Positions 9,404 through 18,255 of a stretch of 64,000 bases of DNA are shown here, in pieces (positions within the stretch are counted from its first letter, which is position 1; each line of letters opens with the position of its first letter). Under the pieces are notes generated by a model. The model did not search any database. It saw nothing but the letters and a program-made list of their open reading frames with translations, and was not told where the DNA came from. The translations under genes were made by a program, and so were the position numbers. The stretch is from a virus (Duplodnaviria; Caudoviricetes), in the IMG/VR virus record IMGVR_UViG_3300022377_000098, positions 8,270-72,269 of that record, one strand, 5' to 3'.

Positions 9404-9770
9404 AGTATGTACCTCCAAAAAATTAATGTAAGTTTTCCGCCAATTCGCGGCGGTTTGCGCTTATGCGGCCTGTGCGGCTCTGTGCCGCCTTTTCCTGCTT
9501 GTACTGGTAGTTTTGCTTCTGCTGTGTAAATAAGCAGTCCTGCGAATGCGCAGGCAAGAAGAAAACCTATTTCTTCAAACATCTTTCTGCCCTCCAATTT
9601 CAGAAGCCAGAGCAGCAATATTGTCGCTCAATTTTTCAATTGATGTTTCCAACACTTCGAGTGCGGCGGCGGTATCCTTATTAGATGCAAAGGCCAGCGC
9701 CCATATTAACACCCGGCATCCGTCAATCCCATGAATATTCGTGTACAGGTCACTGCCAATCAATTTCAAG

Positions 9771-10232
9771 TCACGCATGGTGTGCACCTACTCTTTCAAA
9801 CTGCCCTGCTACAGGCACACACCCCATTTTATAAACTTCAGCCGGTGTAATATCCAAAACATGTGACAGGCAAAATAGGTTGTCCAACGTAAAAACTGAT
9901 TTTCCATTCAGCTTGCGGCTAATCGTTCCGCAGGATAAATTCATTTTAACCGCTAACGAATCCTGTGTTATGCGTCTGCGCCTCATTTCTGTTTTGACTG
10001 ACCGTGCAAGCGTGTCATCGCTATAAGAACGCGCTTCCAGCATATGCATGAGCCTGCTCACTTCCTGCGCAGGAAGTGATTCAAGCAACCGTGTAGCTTC
10101 TTTCAGTTCTGCTTCACAATCAGAATTCGCTTGCTTTTTCTGTTTCGTTGTGGTATTATTTTCAAATAAAGTGTTTTTACTTGCGCCCTGTGTAGCTGTA
10201 GCTGTTGGGGCGCTTTTTTTCTGTTCACTCAT
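9771..10232 (-). CDS. XRE-family HTH protein
   Basis: ITQDSLAVKMNLSCGTISRKLNG. Confidence 0.7.
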   Translation of the reverse strand: MSEQKKSAPTATATQGASKNTLFENNTTTKQKKQANSDCEAELKEATRLLESLPAQEVSRLMHMLEARSYSDDTLARSVKTEMRRRRITQDSLAVKMNLSCGTISRKLNGKSVFTLDNLFCLSHVLDITPAEVYKMGCVPVAGQFERVGAHHA

Positions 10233-10462
10233 GATTGAATCCCTCCTTTTTTAAGTCCCGTAAGCAGTTCCAGCGCCGTTTCAAAACCTTGCTTGAAAGC
10301 ATCCTGAACACTCTGCAGGTGGCTCTTGACCATCAGGTCAACAAGTGTGTCGTTCTGCTCTGTGGAAAGCGGCAAGTCTTTCAAGTAGTCCGAAACAGCC
10401 TGAACGGTTTGTATGTATTCCGGCGTTTTTACAATTTCAAAAGTTGGCAAAGTATTATTCAT
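10229..10462 (-). CDS. hypothetical protein
   Basis: RBS GGAGG; coupled to neighbours. Confidence 0.5.
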   Translation of the reverse strand: MNNTLPTFEIVKTPEYIQTVQAVSDYLKDLPLSTEQNDTLVDLMVKSHLQSVQDAFKQGFETALELLTGLKKGGIQS

Positions 10463-10487
10463 TTTTGAGTTCCTCCGTTTTGTTTTG

Positions 10488-10703
10488 TTAAGCATTGTTT
10501 CTTCCTGCGTTTTCCACAAGCCATTTTTCCAACGATTCTTTGGGAATGATGTACCGGCAACCAACTTTCAACGCTGGAAATCCCTGAATATGGCAAAGAT
10601 TGTTTGCCGCCGGGTAACCAATTCCTAAAACGGTGCCCAGTTCTTCAACCGTGTAAGCCAGCTTTTCGGACAGGTCTGCAACGTGTGCTGTTTTCATACG
10701 CAA
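10488..10703 (-). CDS. excisionase/MerR-like HTH_17 protein
   Basis: AYTVEELGTVLGIG, FPALKVGCRYIIPK. Confidence 0.8.
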   Translation of the reverse strand: MRMKTAHVADLSEKLAYTVEELGTVLGIGYPAANNLCHIQGFPALKVGCRYIIPKESLEKWLVENAGRNNA

Positions 10704-10730
10704 TTCTTCCTTTCAAATCTGTAGTAGGTT

Positions 10731-10838
10731 TCACATTTCCGCTGCGCTTGTGGTCTGTTGTCCTTTCCTCACTATGTAGCGGTCTGTATCATCTTCCGGC
10801 TTTTCACTTGGCAACTGTCTTGTACTGACAATGTCCAT
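10731..10838 (-). CDS. 35-aa peptide copying the N-terminus of element 2 TerS
   Basis: MDIVSTRQLPSEKPEDDTDRYIVRKG identical to start of 46228-47109, same RBS. Confidence 0.55.
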   Translation of the reverse strand: MDIVSTRQLPSEKPEDDTDRYIVRKGQQTTSAAEM

Positions 10839-11059
10839 GCTTTATTATTCCTCCAAATTTTATAATCAGTGCGTGTTTGTATCTTCGTGTGTCTTTTCCC
10901 TTGACCGTGCATCCGTAAGGATGCATTGAGCAGCGCCGCAGGCGACCTTGACCTAAACATTATTGTTTCAATACGGTATGCGAACAGTAGTTGGCTTGTC
11001 TTCTGACAACTCAAAAGCTGGATGCCTGTTAGAAATCCCTTGACCTGAAAGCGAAGCGC

Positions 11060-11205
11060 CTTACTATAAGGTCTTATAATATTTAAGGTCTATAGACAAT
11101 AAGGTCTTTGTATGGACTTTTTATGCCAACGGTATGGCATTAAAATGCCAACCCTCTTACCATTTTTATGCCTACCGGTTGGACTTTTTATGCCAACGGT
11201 ATGAG
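11060..11205. promoter_or_regulatory. putative replication origin (iterons) of element 1
   Basis: GGACTTTTTATGCCAACGGTATG x2 plus partial copies, TAAGGTCT x3, immediately downstream of rep. Confidence 0.6.
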
Positions 11206-11212
11206 TCTAAAT

Positions 11213-12028
11213 TTATGGCAGATAGTCGCCTTTCCCTACTGTACTTTCTGGCTCGCGGTATTTATATCTTCCTTCATTTTCTTTGACAGCTGTTTCACAT
11301 AAATCGAGCACCTTGTCCTTTGAAAAATGATAAATTAACGTGTTTCCCGTTCGCTCTTTGGGGTAAAATGACCTGTCAAAATAGATATCAACGACTTTTC
11401 TTTCCACTCCTCCAAGTTGTTTGTTCAGCAAATCAATTCTTTCTTCTGGAATCTCGGAATGCTCTTCTGCAAAGGTTTCCTTGTACCTTTTGAAAAAGTA
11501 TTGTATTGTATCACATATAAACGGATTATTAACTTTTCCACGTTGAAAACCACTTTGAGTCGGCGATACTAATCTAGCGCTTTCCTGACCTATACTATAC
11601 TTTTCTTTCCTAACCTGACCTATACTTACCTTACCTGTGTCCGACGTTTGTAATACACTTTGTCCACATGAAGTATTTCCACTATTTAGCAATTCATAAG
11701 ACTTGGCGCTTGTCTCTGTCAACAGTGATTTTTCATCAAGGTATTGTGTTTCATTATATCGTCCTGGATTTATATAATTGTGCACTTTCCAGTGACGAAT
11801 AACACACACTCCGCTTTCAAACGGAATCAGGTATTTTTTTGAAATCAGCAATTTTATATCATCATCACTTGCCCCAACCATTCGAGTGATTTTTTTAGGA
11901 CTGCCTACAAAACCATCATCATCTGCACGAACCAACAAATCATAATACAAAAGTCTGGATGTCACAGGCATATCAAGGAAATTGTCTGTATCTACTATAC
12001 GCTTTGAAACCATCCTGCGTTCAGCCAT
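11213..12028 (-). CDS. phage replication initiator (replisome organizer)
   Basis: MAERRMVSKRIVDTDNFLDMP...ADDDGF...IRHWKVHNYI family N-terminus. Confidence 0.85.
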   Translation of the reverse strand: MAERRMVSKRIVDTDNFLDMPVTSRLLYYDLLVRADDDGFVGSPKKITRMVGASDDDIKLLISKKYLIPFESGVCVIRHWKVHNYINPGRYNETQYLDEKSLLTETSAKSYELLNSGNTSCGQSVLQTSDTGKVSIGQVRKEKYSIGQESARLVSPTQSGFQRGKVNNPFICDTIQYFFKRYKETFAEEHSEIPEERIDLLNKQLGGVERKVVDIYFDRSFYPKERTGNTLIYHFSKDKVLDLCETAVKENEGRYKYREPESTVGKGDYLP

Positions 12029-12033
12029 TCATA

Positions 12034-12231
12034 TCATACCTCCTTTAAAATTTCAGTAACATCCACACCCAGCACATCCGCAATCTTTCCGATTGTGGAC
12101 GGCTTTGCTTTTCCGTCCTTGGCCGCCCGGATTAGCGTCGGGTAGCAAATGCCCGCCTGTTCAGCTAACGCTTTCGGGTCTATGCATTTCCTCGCCATTG
12201 CAATTTCAAGTTTTGACTTGTCCAATTTCAT
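12034..12231 (-). CDS. Cro-like HTH
   Basis: 65-aa XRE, divergent from cI-like gene. Confidence 0.8.
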   Translation of the reverse strand: MKLDKSKLEIAMARKCIDPKALAEQAGICYPTLIRAAKDGKAKPSTIGKIADVLGVDVTEILKEV

Positions 12232-12355
12232 TTGAATTACCTCAATTTTAAATAAATTATTGATTATATCACGCGGTGATGCATAAGATTTATCTTATGA
12301 ACATATAATATCATAAGTATTTTATTGTGTCAATAGAAAAAACAAGATTTTTCTT

Positions 12356-12874
12356 TTGTTTTGCGAGAAAATCTGTTACTATATGTTCAGGAGGTGTTTA
12401 TCATTGACTTCTGGTGAAAAGATGCGCACGCTACGCATTGAAAAAAAATTAACACAAAAACAATTAGGGGAACGATTAGGAATATCGCAGTCCGCAGTTG
12501 GTCAACTGGAAAACAGTAAAAGGCCTATACGAATTGACACATTAGAAAAAGTATCTGCCGCTCTAGAAGTTCCAATTGTCCGCCTTTACGATGATGTGAT
12601 GCTTTCCGAATGGGACAAACAATATGAGGACACAGAAAAGTATATATTTGAAATGTACCGAGAAATATGCTCATATTTAGACACATATGCCGAGGATGCT
12701 ATTTCAAACGTTTTTGAACAAGAAACACTGCGGTGCATTTCTCAAAAATCTGGGATGCTTACGAACCAGCGCGAAGTTGATAGATTTATTGAAAAATATT
12801 CAAACTTTTTTCAGTCCAATGCTATAAACCAGTGCCATTCCTCAACAGATGACGCAAGTAATAACAACCCATAA
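12356..12874 (+). CDS. cI/Stl-like repressor
   Basis: LTQKQLGERLGISQSAVGQLENS HTH. Confidence 0.8.
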   Translation: MFCEKICYYMFRRCLSLTSGEKMRTLRIEKKLTQKQLGERLGISQSAVGQLENSKRPIRIDTLEKVSAALEVPIVRLYDDVMLSEWDKQYEDTEKYIFEMYREICSYLDTYAEDAISNVFEQETLRCISQKSGMLTNQREVDRFIEKYSNFFQSNAINQCHSSTDDASNNNP

Positions 12875-13084
12875 TATAAAAAGTACAACTTAACTTTTCA
12901 TCAGCATCTTTGGGGAAAGGTCTTAGAAGCTGTTTCTCGTAATAAGCTTTTATTTTATTAATATAATAAACAGATAAAATTTGCAACGACATAAAAGCAC
13001 ATTTGCACATATAAACAATAATCAACTACAACGTTCTGTAACATTTTGTTGAAATTAAATCAATTTCATGGAGGGATTGCTAAA

Positions 13085-14299
13085 ATGCCAAAGCGTAACG
13101 CTCCGGGCGCGGGAACCATACGGAAGCGGCCTAACGGCTCATGGGAAGCGCGCTTCACTGTTGGACGTGACCCCGGTACCGGAAAGCAGATACAAAAAAG
13201 CGTTTACGGAAGAACGCAAAAAGAAGTCCGTCAGAAACTTTCTAAGGCCACTGCTAGTATTGACGCGGGCATTTATAAAGAACCATCACGCCTGACCTTT
13301 GGGGAATGGCTGGACATCTGGACGGAAAATTATTGTCTGAATGTAAAGCCCCGCACGCTTCAAAGCTATAAGAGTTCCTGCGCCTACCGAATAAAGCCCG
13401 CTCTTGGCGCTGTACAGCTTAAAAAGCTTAAACCGCCGATTATTCAAAAGTTTATCAATGATGGCCTACAGGGCAATCTAGCAGGGCGTAAAGGCTCACT
13501 AAAGAATCGCCGGTCAGATGACAGCGCCGCGCTTGTCCCCTTGTCTGAGAAAACTATGCGGAATCTGTACGGCGTTATTCATAAGGCTTTAGAGCAGGCT
13601 GTTGCCGTGGGATACATTCCGGTTAATCCAGCCAGCGGCTGTACACTGCCACGCAAAACGAAACCGGAAATCAATCCGCTGGATGAACAGCAGACACGGG
13701 ATTTTCTGCAAGTCATTCAAGAGGATGACTATGAACTTGTTTTTAAAGTAGACTTATTCACCGGCCTGCGGGAAGGTGAAATTATTGGCTTGCCATGGGA
13801 TGCTGTGGATTTTGAAACTGGAACAATACGGATTTATCAACAGTTGCAGAATCAAGGCAAAGCCGGTTTTCACTTTGCACCGCCCAAAAACTCAAAAGAG
13901 CGCATTATTACTCCGGCACCTTTTGTTATGGAACTGCTGCGGCAGCAAAGAGCCATACAAAACCAATGGAAGCTGATTGCCGGTTCAGCTTGGGAAAATT
14001 CCGGTTTAGTTTTTACAAATCAATTAGGCGGTCATCTGTACGGCGCAACAATTTACAGACACCTGAAAGAAGCGGCGGCAGCTATCGGTTATCCAACACT
14101 CCGCTTCCACGACTTACGGCACACCTATGCAGTTGCCTCTATTCGGGCGGGTGATGACATCAAAACCATATCTGAAAATCTCGGTCATGCAACGGTCGCT
14201 TTCACATTAGACGTTTATGCCCATGTTACAGCCGACATGAGAAAAAGCAGCGCCCAGCGGATGCAAAACTATATCAACAGAATTTGCGCAACAAAATAA
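13085..14299 (+). CDS. int: tyrosine integrase
   Basis: arm-binding N-terminus, GLREGE, LRFHDLRHTYA, LGHA..YAH. Confidence 0.95.
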   Translation: MPKRNAPGAGTIRKRPNGSWEARFTVGRDPGTGKQIQKSVYGRTQKEVRQKLSKATASIDAGIYKEPSRLTFGEWLDIWTENYCLNVKPRTLQSYKSSCAYRIKPALGAVQLKKLKPPIIQKFINDGLQGNLAGRKGSLKNRRSDDSAALVPLSEKTMRNLYGVIHKALEQAVAVGYIPVNPASGCTLPRKTKPEINPLDEQQTRDFLQVIQEDDYELVFKVDLFTGLREGEIIGLPWDAVDFETGTIRIYQQLQNQGKAGFHFAPPKNSKERIITPAPFVMELLRQQRAIQNQWKLIAGSAWENSGLVFTNQLGGHLYGATIYRHLKEAAAAIGYPTLRFHDLRHTYAVASIRAGDDIKTISENLGHATVAFTLDVYAHVTADMRKSSAQRMQNYINRICATK

Positions 14300-14363
14300 C
14301 CCTTAACTCAAATCGAACTCATGCATGTGACTATATCGCACAAAAGCCAGTAGAAAATCGACA

Positions 14364-15272
14364 GTGATGCAGAAAGAAGTGATGATTTTGTCAAATGAAA
14401 AAGAGGTAAAAGAAACTATTCACGCTGAAGGAACCGATATTTCTGTAATTTCCTTTACTGATGGCAGGGACGATTATATATGTTTGACCGATTTAGCAAG
14501 ACACCGTAATCATGAATTTCCTGCTGATGTAGTGAAAAACTGGATGAGACTTAGGAGTACTGTTGAATATCTCGGTCTTTGGGAAAAATTAAATAATGCT
14601 GATTTTAAACTGGTCGAATTCGACCAGTTTAAAACTGCCTGTGGCTCAAACGCTTTTGTTCTCTCCCCTCAAAAGTGGATTAAAGAAACAAATGCCATCG
14701 GTATGATTTCTAAATCAGGAAGGTACGGCGGCGGTACTTATGCCCATAAAGATATAGCCTTTGAATTTGCGTCATGGTTATCCCCTGAATTCAAATTGTA
14801 TGTTATCAGGGACTATCAGCGGCTAAAGCAAGATGAAAATCATAGGCTGTCGCTTGACTGGAATGTAAAGCGCATTTTATCGAAAGCAAACTATCGCATT
14901 CACACAGATGCCATCAAAGAAAATCTAATTCCGCCCGAATTAACCCCAAAACAACAGGGATTTATTTATGCAGATGAAGCAGAAGTTTTGAATGTTGCCA
15001 TTTTCAATAAAACTTCTAAACAATGGAGAGCAGAGAATCCGGAAAATACTGGGAATATACGTGATTACGCGTCAATAGAACAACTTCTTGTTTTGTCAAA
15101 TCTGGAAAGCATGAACGCCTACTTAATGGAACAAAAAGTTGACCAAGCTGAACGGCTGCGCAGGCTTCGCTCAATGGCTGCAGACCAACTGACAAGGCTA
15201 ACTGGAAATAAAAGTATAGACACACTCAAGAAACTTCATGACAATCTGAAACTTCCCGGTATGGACAAATAA
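14364..15272 (+). CDS. KilA-N domain protein
   Basis: YICLTDLAR, GRYGGGTYAHKDIAFEFASWLSPEFKLY. Confidence 0.88.
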   Translation: MMQKEVMILSNEKEVKETIHAEGTDISVISFTDGRDDYICLTDLARHRNHEFPADVVKNWMRLRSTVEYLGLWEKLNNADFKLVEFDQFKTACGSNAFVLSPQKWIKETNAIGMISKSGRYGGGTYAHKDIAFEFASWLSPEFKLYVIRDYQRLKQDENHRLSLDWNVKRILSKANYRIHTDAIKENLIPPELTPKQQGFIYADEAEVLNVAIFNKTSKQWRAENPENTGNIRDYASIEQLLVLSNLESMNAYLMEQKVDQAERLRRLRSMAADQLTRLTGNKSIDTLKKLHDNLKLPGMDK

Positions 15273-15303
15273 AGCCCCGGCCGTTATGGTCGGGGCTTCT
15301 TTT
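15273..15303 (+). terminator. intrinsic terminator
   Basis: AAGCCCCGGCC-GTTAT-GGTCGGGGCTT then T-run. Confidence 0.75.
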
Positions 15304-15390
15304 TACCTGCAAAGGGTAAGTTAAAGGGTAAGCGCATTCCAATAGATATAAAAATAGCCCCGCAGGGTGCATTCCTACGGGGTTTTCCTT

Positions 15391-15438
15391 TGGAGCAGAA
15401 GACGGGAATCGAACCCGCATGACCAGCTTGGGAAGCTG
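15391..15438 (-). other. att core: 3' fragment of tRNA-Gly(CCC)
   Basis: CAGC-TT-CCC-AA-GCTG...GGTTCGATTCCC...CTTCTGC-T-CCA with no D arm or 5' acceptor strand. Confidence 0.85.
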
Positions 15439-15576
15439 TGCAATAATGGCTTACCTATGCGGAAATATTGTATTTTGACGCACCGGCTGACTCACCTATC
15501 TGTTTTTCTATTATAGTCCTGTTAAGCCAAGCAATCAACACATTACCAATTTTTTTAAAATATTTTGCAAAACCTA

Positions 15577-15605
15577 TTGACTTTTTATAGCCAAAAGGTT
15601 ATAAT
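15577..15605 (+). promoter_or_regulatory. sigmaA promoter
   Basis: TTGACT-17-TATAAT upstream of 15640 ORF. Confidence 0.7.
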
Positions 15606-15639
15606 ATATACATAAGATAAAGCAAAGGAAGTAATCAAA

Positions 15640-16017
15640 ATGAAAGCAAAAGTGATGTATCGCAATAAGCATGAGCGTAACAACATGTTTTTTACGCTCA
15701 ATCAGATTCTTGCAGCGGATAAAAAACAGTTCTTGTCTGATATTAGAGAGGGACAATATAACGATGATGTCGAATCAGAAATGGCAACAAAGAATTGTGA
15801 TCATGAAACGGCAGTAAAAAATATCCTTGATTCCATGCTTGAAAACGATATTATTACAGATGACTTTGAACAAGTAATTGTTGATGAAAGCAAAACAAAT
15901 GTTTTGTGTGATGAATTTGAAGATGATGGCACGCCAATTTATCCCGCTGATTCTGAAATCAAAAAAGCAGATGACAATGACACGCTTGAAATCGTTGATT
16001 TAACGGTCGAAGAATAA
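15640..16017 (+). CDS. hypothetical acidic protein
   Basis: promoter plus RBS, 125 aa. Confidence 0.6.
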   Translation: MKAKVMYRNKHERNNMFFTLNQILAADKKQFLSDIREGQYNDDVESEMATKNCDHETAVKNILDSMLENDIITDDFEQVIVDESKTNVLCDEFEDDGTPIYPADSEIKKADDNDTLEIVDLTVEE

Positions 16018-16144
16018 ATCTCTATGTTGTGTATGGAAATTTGAAATGTAGGCTAAAAATATTGTAGGTCAGACTTTTGGCGATGTTTTGGTACTTTCGC
16101 TGGAGAAGAAGCTGTGCTAACAGGCTATACGGGCGGGTGAAAAA

Positions 16145-16804
16145 ATGAATGATATTATTGGGAAACGTTTTGGCAAACTTACGGTTATCAAAGATAGCGG
16201 TCAACGTTATAACAAAAAAATACTGTATCTTTGCAAATGCGATTGTGGCGGGGAAAAACTGGCAATGTCGTTTCAACTAAAACGAGGACTCATAAAAAGT
16301 TGCGGTTGTTTACAGCATGAAAAATCAAACGATCTTATTGGAAAACGCTTTGGAAGCTTGGTTGTAATAAAGTGTGCTGGATCCCAAGGGAAAAATGCAA
16401 AATATCTTTGCAAATGTGATTGCGGGAATACTTGTACGGTTTTAAGAGGCTCTCTGCTGTCAGGAGACACGCAAAGTTGCGGATGCCTTAAAAAGTCAGT
16501 TTTTGATACTAAAAAATTGCATGAGTTAGCTGGGTTTAAAGATGGTTCGTCTGCTAGTATGTTCGCTAGCAAAAAAATTTCAGTGGCAAACACATCCGGA
16601 TATCGTGGCGTGACATGGGACGCCGACCGAAATGTGTGGAAAGCTCAAATAAAGTATAGGGGTAAAACTTATTTTCTTGGGCGATATCCAGATAAACAAA
16701 GCGCAGAGCATGCACGGCTGGATGCGGAAGAAAAAATTGGAATCAATTCGTTTGTGGAATGGTATAAGGAATTCAAGAAAGGACAAAAGGGGAATGGAAA
16801 TTAA
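16145..16804 (+). CDS. AP2-domain protein with tandem CxCxCG repeats
   Basis: GKRFGxLxV..CKCDCG x2; NTSGYRGVTW...YFLGRY AP2 domain. Confidence 0.8.
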   Translation: MNDIIGKRFGKLTVIKDSGQRYNKKILYLCKCDCGGEKLAMSFQLKRGLIKSCGCLQHEKSNDLIGKRFGSLVVIKCAGSQGKNAKYLCKCDCGNTCTVLRGSLLSGDTQSCGCLKKSVFDTKKLHELAGFKDGSSASMFASKKISVANTSGYRGVTWDADRNVWKAQIKYRGKTYFLGRYPDKQSAEHARLDAEEKIGINSFVEWYKEFKKGQKGNGN

Positions 16805-17249
16805 AGATTTGCTCCGCAATATGAGAACAGCGCATGGCTGGACGACAACGGAAATCGCCCAAAAAGCAGGCATGGCACAGTCCACATACTCCCGTCTGGA
16901 AAACGGCGGGCGTGTACCAAAACCTGCAACCCTGTCAAAAATAGCTGCCGCTTACGGCTTGCCTGACAATTATTTTACGTTTGAAATAGCGCGACAGCAG
17001 AGCGACACAGCGCAGTTTGGCGATACAAACAATGCTGTATTTGCGCAAATACCAGATACTCTCGCCAGTTTCTTAACATCAGACAAGCTGACAGAGGTTG
17101 CAGATTGCATTAATGCAGCTTATCACAGAGGCAAGGCCGATGCGGGCGCGGAAATGATTGACAGTAATTGTGTGTATATTAACTCAACCGGTCGCATGAT
17201 CGAGTGGGATAAAAATTTTGTTCCAAAATTTATTGATGAAAAGAGATAG
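16794..17249 (+). CDS. XRE-family HTH protein (TAG stop)
   Basis: WTTTEIAQKAGMAQSTYSRLENG. Confidence 0.75.
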   Translation: MEIKDLLRNMRTAHGWTTTEIAQKAGMAQSTYSRLENGGRVPKPATLSKIAAAYGLPDNYFTFEIARQQSDTAQFGDTNNAVFAQIPDTLASFLTSDKLTEVADCINAAYHRGKADAGAEMIDSNCVYINSTGRMIEWDKNFVPKFIDEKR

Positions 17250-17406
17250 AAAGGTAATGAAAGAAATTAATCGTACGCAAGTGCTTGAAACGCTAGAAAA
17301 AGCTTTGCTGTAATAATCGAAGATGAAGATTTGGAAGGATATCTTGATAGAGCCATTGACGGAGTGTAAAATAGCATTTGCACAGCGAAAAAAGTGCTAA
17401 ACCCTC

Positions 17407-17555
17407 TTGACAAACGTTTTTGCAGAGTGTATTATATGTTTGTCAGGAGGGAAACCTCCCGTGGATTGAAATTTTGTCATATAGTGCAATGTTAATGTAC
17501 TGTACGGAAAAGTCCCCGACTTACCAATTAAAAGGTAGGCCAGGGATTTTTTATT
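17407..17555 (+). ncRNA. putative small RNA with own promoter and terminator
   Basis: TTGACA-17-TATTAT, hairpin GGAGGGAAACCTCC, terminator-like stem and T-run; no meaningful ORF. Confidence 0.4.
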
Positions 17556-17693
17556 TCAATTTACTTTTCTGTCTGTCGTTCAGTTCTGCCCGCTTCGCGT
17601 TGTTCCAGCGGTCGGTGGTGCCAACCAAATACCCGGTGATTCGCCGTATGCGGTCAAACTTAACACCCTTGCCAACCATGCCGTTTGCTGATT

Positions 17694-17963
17694 TCACGCT
17701 TGCCCACCAGATTTCGGATTGCTGTACTGCAATGCCTGCGTACTGTCAGACACCCCGGCAGTAGTCGGGTCATTCACCACGCCAAGCAGCGTCAGCAGAC
17801 CAAACACAGTGCCTACAATCGCCAATAGCTGATTGCTCAGCCCCGCAAAGTCAACGGTAACGCCGAATAGCTGTAACACCTGCGCAACCAGCAGCAACAG
17901 TGCGGGGATAGCAGTTACCCAAAAAGCCTTGTTTTTGATTCGTACAGTCCAATTAATTTTCAT
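17694..17963 (-). CDS. holin (phi LC3 family)
   Basis: MKINWTVRIKNKAFW...GVVNDPTTAGVSDS. Confidence 0.9.
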   Translation of the reverse strand: MKINWTVRIKNKAFWVTAIPALLLLVAQVLQLFGVTVDFAGLSNQLLAIVGTVFGLLTLLGVVNDPTTAGVSDSTQALQYSNPKSGGQA

Positions 17964-17978
17964 TATGTATTACCTCCA

Positions 17979-18251
17979 TTATTTTAATTCGTCAAGTCGG
18001 TGGTGCGCTTGTTTGGCAGAACTTTCTACCGCGGTCAATCGTTCGCCATGCTCATTCAGAGTTGCATTGATTTTTACAAGTTCTGCCGTTGTACCTGACA
18101 CGCTGGATTTGATATCATCCAGTTTTGTATTTACCGTACCTTTCCACTCGCCGTCATTCGTCAGCTTTTTGTCCCGCCCACTAAGCCAGCCCGCCAAACC
18201 CACAAAACAGCCGACTACTGCAATCAGCAGTCCAATATCTATTGCACCCAT
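17979..18251 (-). CDS. lysis-cassette membrane/coiled-coil protein
   Basis: N-terminal TM helix, ERLTAVESSAKQAHHRLD. Confidence 0.7.
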   Translation of the reverse strand: MGAIDIGLLIAVVGCFVGLAGWLSGRDKKLTNDGEWKGTVNTKLDDIKSSVSGTTAELVKINATLNEHGERLTAVESSAKQAHHRLDELK

Positions 18252-18255
18252 CACA

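Larger units (their letters stand above)
1..15390. mobile_element. Element 1: PICI/satellite-like integrated element with HK97-type head module (left end outside window)
   Basis: int, cI/cro, rep-ori, xis, rha, HNH-terS-terL-portal-protease-capsid-connector-closure within about 14 kb; bounded by tRNA-Gly fragment. Confidence 0.8.
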
